Below, one piece after another: positions 28,340 to 38,219 of a DNA stretch of 52,679 nucleotides (within the stretch, counting starts at the first letter, position 1; the number at the start of each line of letters is the position of its first letter). Origin of the DNA: Candidatus Kaiserbacteria bacterium RIFCSPHIGHO2_02_FULL_55_25 (GTDB lineage: Bacteria; Patescibacteriota; Minisyncoccia; Phycocordibacterales; UBA2100). The notes under the pieces were generated by a model. That model ran no database searches. It was not told where the DNA came from and worked only from the letters and a program-made list of their open reading frames with translations. Position numbers and translations under genes: made by a program. The DNA is taken from positions 1 through 52,679 of the forward strand of contig MFLL01000010.1 in NCBI GenBank assembly GCA_001781335.1, given 5' to 3'.

Positions 28340-28365
28340 AAGCCTCCCGCAAGGGAGGCTTTTGT
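28336..28365 (+). terminator. Intrinsic terminator
   Basis: GCAAAAGCCTCCC-gcaa-GGGAGGCTTTTGT. Confidence 0.85.
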
Positions 28366-28544
28366 GCGAGACCCACGAGCCGCTCTCGCGACTCGCAAGT
28401 GTTTACCGTGCGCACCCCCATTGTACGCGCTCAATTTCCAATTTTGTTTCTTATCCACATAAAGGCGTATGTTTGTTCATCGGCGTTGACAGCAATTTGT
28501 GCCGGCATACTCTGTGCTCAGGACCCTCAGTTGCGGAGGACGCA

Positions 28545-29057
28545 ATGAATACTCCAGCGCCAAAAGAATACCCACTTTTGCCTGAGACAGCGAGCCACGT
28601 ATTTCAATTTCTGCGCACGGAAGCAGAGAAAAATGTCCGCGTTCCGCTACCGAATCTGTACGGGCTTTCGGATCGCGAACTGGCCGAAGCCCTCATCAGA
28701 GAGGCGAGTCATGCGACGCTTCTCAATCCGACGCTGATTACGCAGGATTCATACGAAGACCGTCTATATTCTGTGTTTACGGCGGTTCGCGCGCGGCTCG
28801 CCGGCAAGAAACCGCCGCTCCAAGAGGGTGACGAGGTCGTTCTCGAACAATGGCAGGGGGACATTCGCGAGCTCGAAGAGGGTCAAACGTATTTCGTACA
28901 ACGCATCCTTTTCCGGTATATGGAAATCAGCAGCGCGGAACCGGACTGGGAAGTGAACGTTAGCTTGGACGAGGCAGGCGAGCAAGCTCCAGGTGGCGGT
29001 TTCGCGAATTACGACGCACGTCTATTTAAGAAAGTGACGCAAAAAGCGGCGGCGTAA
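28545..29057 (+). CDS. Hypothetical protein
   Basis: ATG 28545 with GGAGG upstream; 170 aa; followed by a hairpin terminator. Confidence 0.75.
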   Translation: MNTPAPKEYPLLPETASHVFQFLRTEAEKNVRVPLPNLYGLSDRELAEALIREASHATLLNPTLITQDSYEDRLYSVFTAVRARLAGKKPPLQEGDEVVLEQWQGDIRELEEGQTYFVQRILFRYMEISSAEPDWEVNVSLDEAGEQAPGGGFANYDARLFKKVTQKAAA

Positions 29058-29079
29058 GGTGCGTGATTTGTTAAAATGT

Positions 29080-29105
29080 AACGGCGCGAGCAATCGCGCC
29101 GTTTT
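29080..29105 (+). terminator. Intrinsic terminator
   Basis: AACGGCGCGA-gcaa-TCGCGCCGTTTT. Confidence 0.75.
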
Positions 29106-29131
29106 GCTATACGAGTTTTTCTTGCGCGATG

Positions 29132-29518
29132 TTACTGCGCGGGCGCGGGTTGTTTCAGTAGTTTCATATAGAGCACGGTCGCAACGGGGCTGAAAAAGAC
29201 GATCGCATACGCAATCCATACATATGATGTGAGGAAGGGACCGAATCCCGCGGTCGGGGCCACGTACAGCGCGTCGAGCAGTGCGTGCAGACTCACCCAT
29301 CCCGCACCGCACAGAAGCGCTGTTTGGGGCGAGACGATATCGAGCGCGCGCGTCGCGGCGGCGATTGCGATACCCGTCACGACGTAGCTTGCAATCTGGG
29401 CGCCCCAGCCGTAGTTCATGCCGTACGCGGCAAGCAGTGACCACAGCATGAAGATAGTGGCGTAGGCGAAGAAGCCGTACAATAGAAAGCGAGTATACGA
29501 AACCCCCTGCATATGCAA
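29132..29518 (-). CDS. Small 4-TM membrane protein (paralog A)
   Basis: YATIFMLWSLLAAYG..AQIASYVVT..LDALYVAP; clear similarity to 31785..32156. Confidence 0.85.
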   Translation of the reverse strand: MHMQGVSYTRFLLYGFFAYATIFMLWSLLAAYGMNYGWGAQIASYVVTGIAIAAATRALDIVSPQTALLCGAGWVSLHALLDALYVAPTAGFGPFLTSYVWIAYAIVFFSPVATVLYMKLLKQPAPAQ

Positions 29519-29542
29519 ATTCTACCACCCAATCAGTAGTAT

Positions 29543-31792
29543 ATGTCGTTTCAAGAATCTTCGCGCTGGGTACTCGTCGCCGTTTTTCTCGTAGCGGGAC
29601 AATGGGCGCTCTCTTTCCCCGTGCAACAACAGCCGTCCGCGCTCTTGGCGCAAGCGGCGAAACCCGTAGTTTGTCAGGACAAGAAAGGAGCGGTAACCGT
29701 CGAAGAAGAGTGTAAGCCGGGTTGTGAATATTTGGTGCGGCCGAGCTATACCAAGCAGGAGTCCGTGGATGTCCTCGCGTCGGTCTCGGACCCCACGGGC
29801 AAACTGCCCGGCACGGTGAAGTACAGAGACGGCAAGGGAACCATCATAATGATTTGCGACGGGACGGTGGGAAAGTCGCTCGAAAATCATACGGGAGCTC
29901 TACAGTCGGGAACGCCTCTTCAGCCGCAAGGGCAACTTCTTCCATCCGGCCCGACAGCGACGCTTCTTCCGTCGGGTCAGACGGGTCAAATCGACTCCGC
30001 CTTCTCGGGCTCCGGTGGATATACGCCGACTCCGCTTGAATATCGAGAATCAGTTCCGAGTGATTTTTTCGGCGTGAAGCCATCGGGCTCGCTCGGAGCC
30101 GCGCCCAATCCCGCCGTGAGTTTCGACGGCTTCCTCGGGGGGAACTACTGTCTCGGGCAGTTTTGTCCCGTAGAAGGAGAGGGAGTTCAACGGAACTCCG
30201 ATGCGTTGCCGAATGACGGAAACCTGAATGGGAATACGTTTGGAAACGTCGCCGAAATAAATTCCTCTCGCATTCCGCAAAACGTCGGCATAGAAAACGC
30301 GCTCATCGCGGACAGGGCGCGCCTCAACATGTCCAACGACTTGAGAATATATTCCGCCGCGCAGGAGTGGAGCGGCTTTCAGCAGAGCGGACGGTTGGAT
30401 GAACCGTTGTACGTAGGCGTCGACGGTGAGCGTACGGTCGCGCAATCAATCAATGCGGCCGTCCGCGACTATGCACAGCAGGACGTCGGCTATGCCGTAG
30501 CGGAGGTGACCGGAGAAACCGCCGTGGGCGAGCAGGGTGTGCTTATTTCGTACACAAAAGACGCAGTGCTCGCGCGCGACCCGTACGACGGCTCACTTTT
30601 GTTCGCTGATGCCAAAGACCAGTTACCGGTTCTCTACACCGCAGACGGACAGGCGGTGCCGACATCAAATCAGTCCGGAGAGTGGTTGGGGGTGATGAAG
30701 GAGAGAATTCAGACTCCGGCGGAGTTGCGGGAATTTGAGAGGGCATATACTGGAACCTATTCGGCGGTATTTACGCCCGCTGATATCAAGGTTCCCGGAT
30801 TGAAACTCGATATGTTACCCGACGATGTGAGGAATACGTTCGACAGTCTCGCGAGATGGGACGGCAATGGTCCGGAGTCGATGGGTGCATCCAATGACGT
30901 GATAATACGCAGCTTAGACGGTGAGGAAAAGTTGCGGATATCGGACGATGTATACCGTGCGATGCAAGCGCACGAGAACGAGGTGTATGGAATTGATGCG
31001 GCCGCGCATCGTATCGAGCGCGACACGCAAGGCAAAATGAGTTTGGACATTTCCAGTCTTCCACACGAGACAAATGTCGGGGGCTTGCTTGCTCCCGAAT
31101 ACGCGCTCGTGCCGCTGCCCGGCGAACTACGGGCGTGGACGGCAGGCGCTATTGAAACCGAGCTGGGCAAATATCCGCCGGAGTATTGGGAAAACGCAAA
31201 CAAAGGCGCGATATACGACTATATGCCGCGTCCCGATATGCAGGGTGTGGTACGGGAGGGCGGACATGCGACCCTTCCCGGGGACCCGAAGGCGCATATT
31301 TATCTCAATGGCTTAAATACCGGTGCCGGTGTTGCAGTAATCCTTAACCACGAACTTGCGCACTACAACAATGACAAGACTTTTGTGTCGGACGAGATAT
31401 TCGGTACCCGTGTGTACGGGCCCGCATACGGGATGTCGTACGCGGGCTCCAGCGGGTACGAAGCCATCACGTCGGGGAAGTTTGACATTGGCCGTCCGGA
31501 TGGATTCACCGCCAGTTACGGCTATCGCGGCGGCGTGCAGGAAGATAAAGCGAGCATCGCGGAAGCCATGTTCACCAATTATTCTGTCGTTCAGCAGGCG
31601 ATGCAGACGGACCCCATTCTTGCGCACAAAGTTCAGCTTCTCCAAAGCGGGTTTGAAAAAAGTACGAACGGCGTCATGAATGAGGCCTACTGGCAGAACT
31701 TGAGACCGATTGACCCGTGGTATCAGCTCCCGCCTGCAGTGTCGAGACCGAGCTTCTTGCGAACACTCATATCGAAGCTGTGGTTTAGATAA
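29543..31792 (+). CDS. Large secreted protein with C-terminal HExxH zinc-metallopeptidase-like domain (paralog 1)
   Basis: N-terminal hydrophobic segment; ILNHELAH, GFTASYG, QEDKASIAE. Confidence 0.8.
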   Translation: MSFQESSRWVLVAVFLVAGQWALSFPVQQQPSALLAQAAKPVVCQDKKGAVTVEEECKPGCEYLVRPSYTKQESVDVLASVSDPTGKLPGTVKYRDGKGTIIMICDGTVGKSLENHTGALQSGTPLQPQGQLLPSGPTATLLPSGQTGQIDSAFSGSGGYTPTPLEYRESVPSDFFGVKPSGSLGAAPNPAVSFDGFLGGNYCLGQFCPVEGEGVQRNSDALPNDGNLNGNTFGNVAEINSSRIPQNVGIENALIADRARLNMSNDLRIYSAAQEWSGFQQSGRLDEPLYVGVDGERTVAQSINAAVRDYAQQDVGYAVAEVTGETAVGEQGVLISYTKDAVLARDPYDGSLLFADAKDQLPVLYTADGQAVPTSNQSGEWLGVMKERIQTPAELREFERAYTGTYSAVFTPADIKVPGLKLDMLPDDVRNTFDSLARWDGNGPESMGASNDVIIRSLDGEEKLRISDDVYRAMQAHENEVYGIDAAAHRIERDTQGKMSLDISSLPHETNVGGLLAPEYALVPLPGELRAWTAGAIETELGKYPPEYWENANKGAIYDYMPRPDMQGVVREGGHATLPGDPKAHIYLNGLNTGAGVAVILNHELAHYNNDKTFVSDEIFGTRVYGPAYGMSYAGSSGYEAITSGKFDIGRPDGFTASYGYRGGVQEDKASIAEAMFTNYSVVQQAMQTDPILAHKVQLLQSGFEKSTNGVMNEAYWQNLRPIDPWYQLPPAVSRPSFLRTLISKLWFR

Positions 31793-32156
31793 CGTGCCTC
31801 GGCGCAATCAGCTCCGTAGCCGCCGTCACAATAATCGGCGCAAGAAGAATGATGCCGTAACTGATGAAATTGAATGACGTGAGCAGAGATTCAAATCCGG
31901 CGACGGGGACGACGAACACGACGTCGAGCACGATATACACGAGAGTCCAACACACTCCGTACATCCATGCGTTTGCGTTTGTCGCGCCGACAAATCTCGT
32001 CGCAAAGAATGTCGCGAGCGCGGTTACCACATAACTCACGAGTTGCGCGTTTATCCCGTACGCCGCACCATACGTCGTCATCAAAGACCACAACATAAAT
32101 ACACTCGCGTAGATAATAAATCCCGTAGCTATTAAATATTTGTAGTTGACCCGCAT
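31785..32156 (-). CDS. Small 4-TM membrane protein (paralog B)
   Basis: YASVFMLWSLMTTYG..AQLVSYVVT..LDVVFVVP; ATG 32156 preceded by TATATT. Confidence 0.85.
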   Translation of the reverse strand: MRVNYKYLIATGFIIYASVFMLWSLMTTYGAAYGINAQLVSYVVTALATFFATRFVGATNANAWMYGVCWTLVYIVLDVVFVVPVAGFESLLTSFNFISYGIILLAPIIVTAATELIAPRHVI

Positions 32157-32179
32157 ACCATCCAATATACCATTGCCTC

Positions 32180-34519
32180 ATGAAGCGCCCCGGGTCGGGA
32201 GGGACATCTGCAATTTTTCTTGCCGCATCGGCGATGCTTTTCATCTCCGGTGCCGTGCTTCTTACCCATCCGCCCGCACCGGTATCGGGGTCCGACCCGG
32301 CGCGACTCGTAGCGCAAGCAGCCGCACCGTCGGGTTCATCGAGCATGATAACGAAAGGTGTCCTCGAGTCACCCTGCGAGAACGGTTACGTGTATGAAAT
32401 TCAAACCGCACCCAAGGATTCCAAGGAACCGTTCGTGATAAAGCGGTCGCTCAATCCCGACGACCCGGACAAACGATGGTCCGGCACCGTGAAGTACAGG
32501 AGACCGCCGACGACACCCGGCGGTAAGGCGACCATCATCACTCTGGCGTGCAGGGATAAGGTTGCCGACATGATAAAGCTAACGCGAGATGTCACAAATC
32601 TCGGATCAGGACCGAAGTTGTCGTACAGCGATTTTGCCGTCGATTTCCCGATGGACCCGAGAAACACCGACCAGCTGACCTCGGTATTCACGCCACCGGC
32701 CAAAGACTCAAATACAGCCGTCGCTCCCGCCGGTAGCGGCGATAAGATTCCGGTCGTTGCAGGGGAACTACCTCCTGCTGGGCAGGCCGTACCACCCGCG
32801 AATAGCGAATTGTATGACCGGAACAATCAGGCCACCATCAATCCGTCTAAAGACCCCTTGGAATCCTCGTCTGAATGCCCGACGTGCGGAACAGGGGAGA
32901 AAAATGCGCAAAGGACACCCGCTCCGGCCGGCTTACCCTCTCCGGAATACGTAGCCGGTCTCAACAGTCGCATTTCCGGTGTCGCGACAGCCGCTCTCGA
33001 GAAAAACTCCGACGTTGTGGCTCTTGGCGGCGCGGATGTCGTCAAGGTGTGCGTCGCCGCACAAAATTGCCACGAGGTGACACCGAAGACCAAGGGGATC
33101 GAATCTTTTTTCGCGACCGGTGACGATATCAACGGGAAGTACTCGAAAATCGTTACCGACGCGACCTACACCGCCATCAAGAGTCAGGCTGGACTTGGAC
33201 TCGTTGACCGGCCGAATCAGGACATTACGCGCGCGCGGACCGACACCTCCGTCGCCGGCGGCGATATGTGGAAGAAGGGAGATTCTACCGGCGGGTGGCA
33301 GGCGCTCACGTTCAACAACCGCGATCCGGACCGTCCTCTGTTGATGTGGACGAACAACATGTTGCCGACCGACAAGACGGCATCCGATATCGTGGTGTTC
33401 AAAGGTGATGGTACCGGTGTCCCCGTCCGGACGAACGGCGAGCTGGTAAATCCGGGCGGATTCGTATCACAGTTAGAAGACAGATTTACGACACCGAAAA
33501 CGTACGACACGCTGTTCTCGGCCGTGGTCGGGACCAACAAATCGGAAAGTGACCGCGCCAATTTCAAATTGGCGGACCCTGCCTCACCCATTGGCGAGAG
33601 GACAGTCACGGTTGTCAACAACGACCGCACTTCGCTCGCGACACTTCCCGAACAGGCGTACAGCGCACTTCAGAATTGGGGTGACAAAGTGTACAAGAAC
33701 GATTTTCAGGGCCAACTCAAACTGGCATCGGCCGACAAGTTGTCGTTTGCCCCATCCGATGCGTTTCCCAAAGACATCGGATTCGACCAGAGGTTCGCGC
33801 CCGCTGCCGGGCTGACACCGCTTACACCGGACAGACGATATGAAAAGCAGGAAGCATTGTTGACCGCCGCCCAACGGTATACACCCGAGTACTGGGCAAG
33901 CCTCCGCGAACCTGCGGTGATTGCAGACTTCGGTAAAATTCCAAATGACGATCGGGTAAAAGCGGGAGCGTACACCTACCTTCAGCCCGGCAACCAAATT
34001 GTTTGGATAAACGGAAACTACAAAACCGAGTGGCTCGCTCAATCCTTTAACCATGAGACCCTGCATTTGGTGGAGGGGCTCAGGAGAAATAATCGTTTTT
34101 ATCCGACGGACAGTGACTGGGGAAACGCGATGTTTGGTGAGCAGTACGGAAAGGTATATGCAACGGAATCTGGAGTATCCTCTATTGCTTCGGCCGGAGG
34201 ATATGTCAACTGTACCGAATATGACCGGCCCGAGGGGTTTCCTTCGTGCTACGCGTATAGCGGCGGCCCCATGGAACACAAGGCCGAAATGCAGATGCTC
34301 ATCATGGGAAATTACAATCTCGCCTATCAGGAAGCGCAGAAAAATCCTTTTTTTAAAAAAGGATTTGACCTCATCATGCAGAGCCTATTCAAGGCGTCGA
34401 GTGGAACGATGACGGAGGAGTATCTGGCGTCACTGCGGCCCACTCTCACGTATACCGCGCTTCCAAAAATCAATATTCCGTTGACGACAAGGATTTTCAT
34501 GGGCATCAACAGGAGGTAG
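32180..34519 (+). CDS. Large secreted protein with C-terminal HExxH zinc-metallopeptidase-like domain (paralog 2)
   Basis: Shares LxAQAA, GTVKYR, TII..C with paralog 1; FNHETLH, GFPSCYA, MEHKAE. Confidence 0.8.
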   Translation: MKRPGSGGTSAIFLAASAMLFISGAVLLTHPPAPVSGSDPARLVAQAAAPSGSSSMITKGVLESPCENGYVYEIQTAPKDSKEPFVIKRSLNPDDPDKRWSGTVKYRRPPTTPGGKATIITLACRDKVADMIKLTRDVTNLGSGPKLSYSDFAVDFPMDPRNTDQLTSVFTPPAKDSNTAVAPAGSGDKIPVVAGELPPAGQAVPPANSELYDRNNQATINPSKDPLESSSECPTCGTGEKNAQRTPAPAGLPSPEYVAGLNSRISGVATAALEKNSDVVALGGADVVKVCVAAQNCHEVTPKTKGIESFFATGDDINGKYSKIVTDATYTAIKSQAGLGLVDRPNQDITRARTDTSVAGGDMWKKGDSTGGWQALTFNNRDPDRPLLMWTNNMLPTDKTASDIVVFKGDGTGVPVRTNGELVNPGGFVSQLEDRFTTPKTYDTLFSAVVGTNKSESDRANFKLADPASPIGERTVTVVNNDRTSLATLPEQAYSALQNWGDKVYKNDFQGQLKLASADKLSFAPSDAFPKDIGFDQRFAPAAGLTPLTPDRRYEKQEALLTAAQRYTPEYWASLREPAVIADFGKIPNDDRVKAGAYTYLQPGNQIVWINGNYKTEWLAQSFNHETLHLVEGLRRNNRFYPTDSDWGNAMFGEQYGKVYATESGVSSIASAGGYVNCTEYDRPEGFPSCYAYSGGPMEHKAEMQMLIMGNYNLAYQEAQKNPFFKKGFDLIMQSLFKASSGTMTEEYLASLRPTLTYTALPKINIPLTTRIFMGINRR

Positions 34520-34596
34520 TCCCGGGAGGCAGGACACACGTGCCTGCTGTAGATAACAAGACCATGCACTCATCGTGCGCGGTATGATGCGCGTGT

Positions 34597-37083
34597 ATGA
34601 CCCGCCGGCAGATGGTCGGACTGACACTTGTGTGTGTTGCGGTATTTGTGACCGGCACTTTTGCAAGCGCAGCGACAACCCCGGACAACTCAAACACATG
34701 CCCCGCATACGGCAAGACCGCGAAGGGTGTCGAGAAACGTCCGTGCCGGCCGGGCAGTACACACAAAATAACTTTCGGTGTCGGCGGAAAGTACACACCG
34801 GCGGTCGGCGTACAGTCACGATGCCTGACGCAGGACCAAGAAGCGCAGTACGTCAAAGACCGTGGTGCCACCTGTACGGTGGAGTACTGCACACCGGCTC
34901 AAGACGGCAAAGAGAAGTGCACAAAGAAAACAGTCAAGATTGACCTCAACAAAACGGACCCATATGGCGGAGTTTCCCCGTTCTCGCAACAAGCACAGGC
35001 CGACAGCGCGCGGTTGGCCGCATACTCGGCGATGAACGATACGGCCGCCGCGTACCGCGCGGGTAATATGGCAAAGGTCCAGGAGATTGCAAATCAGACC
35101 AAGGCCAATCCCGAGGTCAGTGCCCTCATCAACAGCGCGTTTTCAAACATCAAGTCCCCGGCTGCCGGAGGGGGTGCAGTAGGTACTTTGAGTGACGAAG
35201 CGAAACTGCAAGCAGTCATCGCAAGTCTTGACCCTCAAAAGTCCGGCACCGCACAACCTCCGAAAGATGTGGTCACCCCGAAGAGCGATACTATTGCCGC
35301 GGACGTTACGGTCGAGAAAGCTCCCAAAGACAACGCGAACATGCCGTGTCCTGCCGGCGCAGCTTGCGACACACAGGGGAAGACCGCCACTCCGGCGTCG
35401 ACATTCTCGCCCGCGACCGAAGCAAACAAAAAAACCGCCACACAGCCGGCCCAGCCAACTTCATGGTGGGGCTCGGTCACCAACAAAGTGAGCGACTACC
35501 TGCCCGCCTCCGTCAACCGCTGGCTTGGCCTCGCCAATCCTCCCGACTTCCGGCCGTACGACCCCGCTACCGACGTGCCGCTTTTGGTGAAAGAAAACGA
35601 CTCGGCCTCGTTGAAAGACAAGTTGCATTTAGACCCGTTCGACACACAAAGTCCCGTTGTGCTCATGAACAAAGACGTCAGTGTCAGTAGCGGCGAGACC
35701 GCATTGCAAGCGATGACAAAGAGACAATCACAAGCCGTGCAGACCGCGGACATTGACCCCGATACACCCGTTCCTTCCGGCGGCATTGTGGTCACGCCGC
35801 TCGATGCAAGTGGTAAACCGAATCTCGGCGCGTCACAAGTAATGGAAGCGGGCACGTGGAGAGATTTTCTCAACGAGGTAAATGGCAACGACAAGTACAA
35901 CAACACCGTGATATCGGTGAATATACCGAGTTCGGAGCAGAAGACGGAGACTCCGGCGGGGGCGGATGTCACCCTGTCTTCGTTTGAAGACCTACCGGCA
36001 TCGGTGAAAGAGGTGTTCCAAAAACAGGATGCTCCGAACAAGCTAGCTCCACCACAGGTGGCCGACAACCCTCCGCCGGGCACAGAAAGTCCGACGTTGG
36101 CCAACAACACTCCGGCAGGGAGTCCACAGAACGAGAGTCCGAAAGAATCTCCGGCACCACCGGCTCCGCAGCCTCCCACGCCCACTGTGGAGCAATCATC
36201 GCCGCCGGTGCCCACGCCATTGCCGGAACCGACGATGCTCCCGCCGGCTCCACCTGAAAAGGAAGAACAACCGCCGGATCCGCCCAAAGAGCCGCCGAAA
36301 CCGGAAGAACCGAAGCCGGAAGAAAAACCGGTAGAACCGCCCGTGCCTGTTCTTTCCTCGCCGACCAAGTCAGCAGAATCCGTACCCACGCCACTGCCTG
36401 AGCCGGAGCTGAAGGACAAACTTCCCACACCAGAATCGACCACCCAATCGAGCAAGGAAGAGATTGAAGACTGCAAGGGCAATATCGACTGCAGGCTTCG
36501 AGATATCAGAAAATGGTTGGATGATTTAGAGCGCCCGAAAGAGCCTCCCAAAGAATCTTCGTTGACCACGCCATCATCGCCGTCGTCACTGAGTAGTCTA
36601 TCCAGCTCACACCCACGATATGTTCCGGGCGAATCCAGCGAGAGTTTCCAAAAGAGGGTTGATGCGTGGTGGGAGCAATCGAGCAATCAGTCATTAGAGG
36701 ATTTTATTAACAGTCGAGGTGGTCAGGTGGGTCAATGCGAAAGCTGTCATAACCCTCAGATGGGCGGAGGTGCCGGCCCGACGACGGACTATAAGGGAAT
36801 CGGCATCAGAATACAGTACGAAAGAAAGGAAGTTGACGGCAAGGCCCTCCCGGGCGGAATGATTCTCAGTGTGTTTCCCAATACTCCGGCGGAGCAGGCG
36901 GGACTGCGGGCGGGAGACTTCTTGCTGACTCTTGACGGAGGGAAAACCTCCATGATCTCCGGGATTAAGGGGGAGCCCGGCACGTCGATCAAGGTCAGGT
37001 ATTTACCACAAGGTGCAACGACACCGAAGACGGTAACGGTCACGCGGGCCATCATTATGTGTAGCGTCTACGGGTGTCCGTAG
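34597..37083 (+). CDS. Large secreted protein with Cys-rich N-terminus, Pro-rich stalk and C-terminal PDZ domain
   Basis: Signal peptide; PEPT/PPKE-rich region; YKGIGIRI..SVFPNTPAEQAGLRAGDFLLTLDG..GEPGTSIKV PDZ pattern. Confidence 0.8.
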   Translation: MTRRQMVGLTLVCVAVFVTGTFASAATTPDNSNTCPAYGKTAKGVEKRPCRPGSTHKITFGVGGKYTPAVGVQSRCLTQDQEAQYVKDRGATCTVEYCTPAQDGKEKCTKKTVKIDLNKTDPYGGVSPFSQQAQADSARLAAYSAMNDTAAAYRAGNMAKVQEIANQTKANPEVSALINSAFSNIKSPAAGGGAVGTLSDEAKLQAVIASLDPQKSGTAQPPKDVVTPKSDTIAADVTVEKAPKDNANMPCPAGAACDTQGKTATPASTFSPATEANKKTATQPAQPTSWWGSVTNKVSDYLPASVNRWLGLANPPDFRPYDPATDVPLLVKENDSASLKDKLHLDPFDTQSPVVLMNKDVSVSSGETALQAMTKRQSQAVQTADIDPDTPVPSGGIVVTPLDASGKPNLGASQVMEAGTWRDFLNEVNGNDKYNNTVISVNIPSSEQKTETPAGADVTLSSFEDLPASVKEVFQKQDAPNKLAPPQVADNPPPGTESPTLANNTPAGSPQNESPKESPAPPAPQPPTPTVEQSSPPVPTPLPEPTMLPPAPPEKEEQPPDPPKEPPKPEEPKPEEKPVEPPVPVLSSPTKSAESVPTPLPEPELKDKLPTPESTTQSSKEEIEDCKGNIDCRLRDIRKWLDDLERPKEPPKESSLTTPSSPSSLSSLSSSHPRYVPGESSESFQKRVDAWWEQSSNQSLEDFINSRGGQVGQCESCHNPQMGGGAGPTTDYKGIGIRIQYERKEVDGKALPGGMILSVFPNTPAEQAGLRAGDFLLTLDGGKTSMISGIKGEPGTSIKVRYLPQGATTPKTVTVTRAIIMCSVYGCP

Positions 37084-37087
37084 GAAC

Positions 37088-38101
37088 TTACAGCAGTTTC
37101 GATTGCGCGGTCGTGGTATCGGCACCAAGGTGCTCGTAGGCTTTCTTTGTCGCGGTTCGACCGCGAGGTGTTCTTTCCAAAAGTCCGTTTTGCATGAGGT
37201 ATGGTTCGTTCACTTCTTCAATCGTCGCTTCTTCCTCCGAGAGCGCGGCCGCAATAGTTTTCAATCCGACGGGGCCGCCGCCGAATTTTTCGATAATCAC
37301 AGTAAGAATGTCACGGTCGGTCTGATTGAGTCCGCCTTCGTCTATTTCGAGAAGCGCGAGTGCCTTTTTTACCGTTTTGATATCCAATTTTTCTTCATTC
37401 ACCGACGCGAAATCACGCGCACGTTTCAATAAATAATTCGCAGTACGCGGAGTCGAGCGCGAGCGGTGCGAAATTTCCATGAGCGAGTCTGCGTCAATGA
37501 TGATATTCAATATTTTTGCCGAGCGGCGGAGGATTTCGGCGATTTCTTGATCGGTGTAGTACTGCAAACGGAACGTACCGCCCGAAAAGCGCGAGCGCAG
37601 AGGTGCGCTAAGCATAGAAATGCGCGTCGTCGCGGCAATCAGCGTGAACGGTGGCAATTCCAATTGCACTGTGCGGGCCGCCGGACCCTTGCCGATGACG
37701 ATATCAAGCACGCCCGCTTCCATAGCAGGGTAGAGGACTTCTTCAATGGTGCGATTGAGGCGGTGGATTTCGTCTATAAAAAGGACGTCACCCGGCGAGA
37801 GGTTGGTGAGGATGGATGCAAGGTCGCCGACGCGCTCAATAGCGGGACCCGAAGTGCTCCGGAGATTTGCGCCGAGCTCTTTGGCGATGAGGTGCGCGAG
37901 CGTGGTCTTGCCCAAGCCGGGTGGACCGTAGAGGAGGACGTGCTCGGGCTGGTGATTGCGGCCTTTGGCGGCAGTGAGGAGGATGCGAAGGTTCTCCTTG
38001 ATTCCTTCTTGGCCCACATATTCGGCCCACGAAACAGGACGAAGCGCCTGATCGAGGGAGCGGGGGGACTTTTCTATTGAATTTTCGGCTGGCTTGGTCA
38101 T
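37088..38101 (-). CDS. ruvB: Holliday junction branch-migration ATPase RuvB
   Basis: [47 protein letters not shown]. Confidence 0.98.
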   Translation of the reverse strand: MTKPAENSIEKSPRSLDQALRPVSWAEYVGQEGIKENLRILLTAAKGRNHQPEHVLLYGPPGLGKTTLAHLIAKELGANLRSTSGPAIERVGDLASILTNLSPGDVLFIDEIHRLNRTIEEVLYPAMEAGVLDIVIGKGPAARTVQLELPPFTLIAATTRISMLSAPLRSRFSGGTFRLQYYTDQEIAEILRRSAKILNIIIDADSLMEISHRSRSTPRTANYLLKRARDFASVNEEKLDIKTVKKALALLEIDEGGLNQTDRDILTVIIEKFGGGPVGLKTIAAALSEEEATIEEVNEPYLMQNGLLERTPRGRTATKKAYEHLGADTTTAQSKLL

Positions 38102-38149
38102 AATTCGGCTCTTTTGCCAGCGCTAGCTGGGAAACGAGGCGGGGACTTG

Positions 38150-38186
38150 CCCCGTTAGAGGCGAGTTTACGAGCTCTCTAATGGGG
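38150..38186. repeat. Palindromic element CCCCGTTAGAG...CTCTAATGGGG
   Basis: 11-bp arms with one G-T mismatch and a 15-nt spacer; abuts a TTGACA box. Confidence 0.65.
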
Positions 38187-38214
38187 TTGACAAATGGCTC
38201 TAATATGCTATACT
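38187..38214 (+). promoter_or_regulatory. Sigma70-type promoter
   Basis: TTGACA-16 nt-TATACT with TG extension at 38206-38207. Confidence 0.75.
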
Positions 38215-38219
38215 GGACT

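Noticed and set aside
35496..36686. Long antisense ORFs (also 7258-8325, 21916-22926, 23383-24150, 50270-50992)
   Set aside because: Shadow frames of well-supported GC-rich or low-complexity genes with no motifs of their own.
36736..36750. CxxCH as a cytochrome c heme site
   Set aside because: Single motif in a Cys-rich secreted protein, no maturation genes in the window, and neighbouring proteins have other Cys pairs; disulfide or metal binding is as likely.
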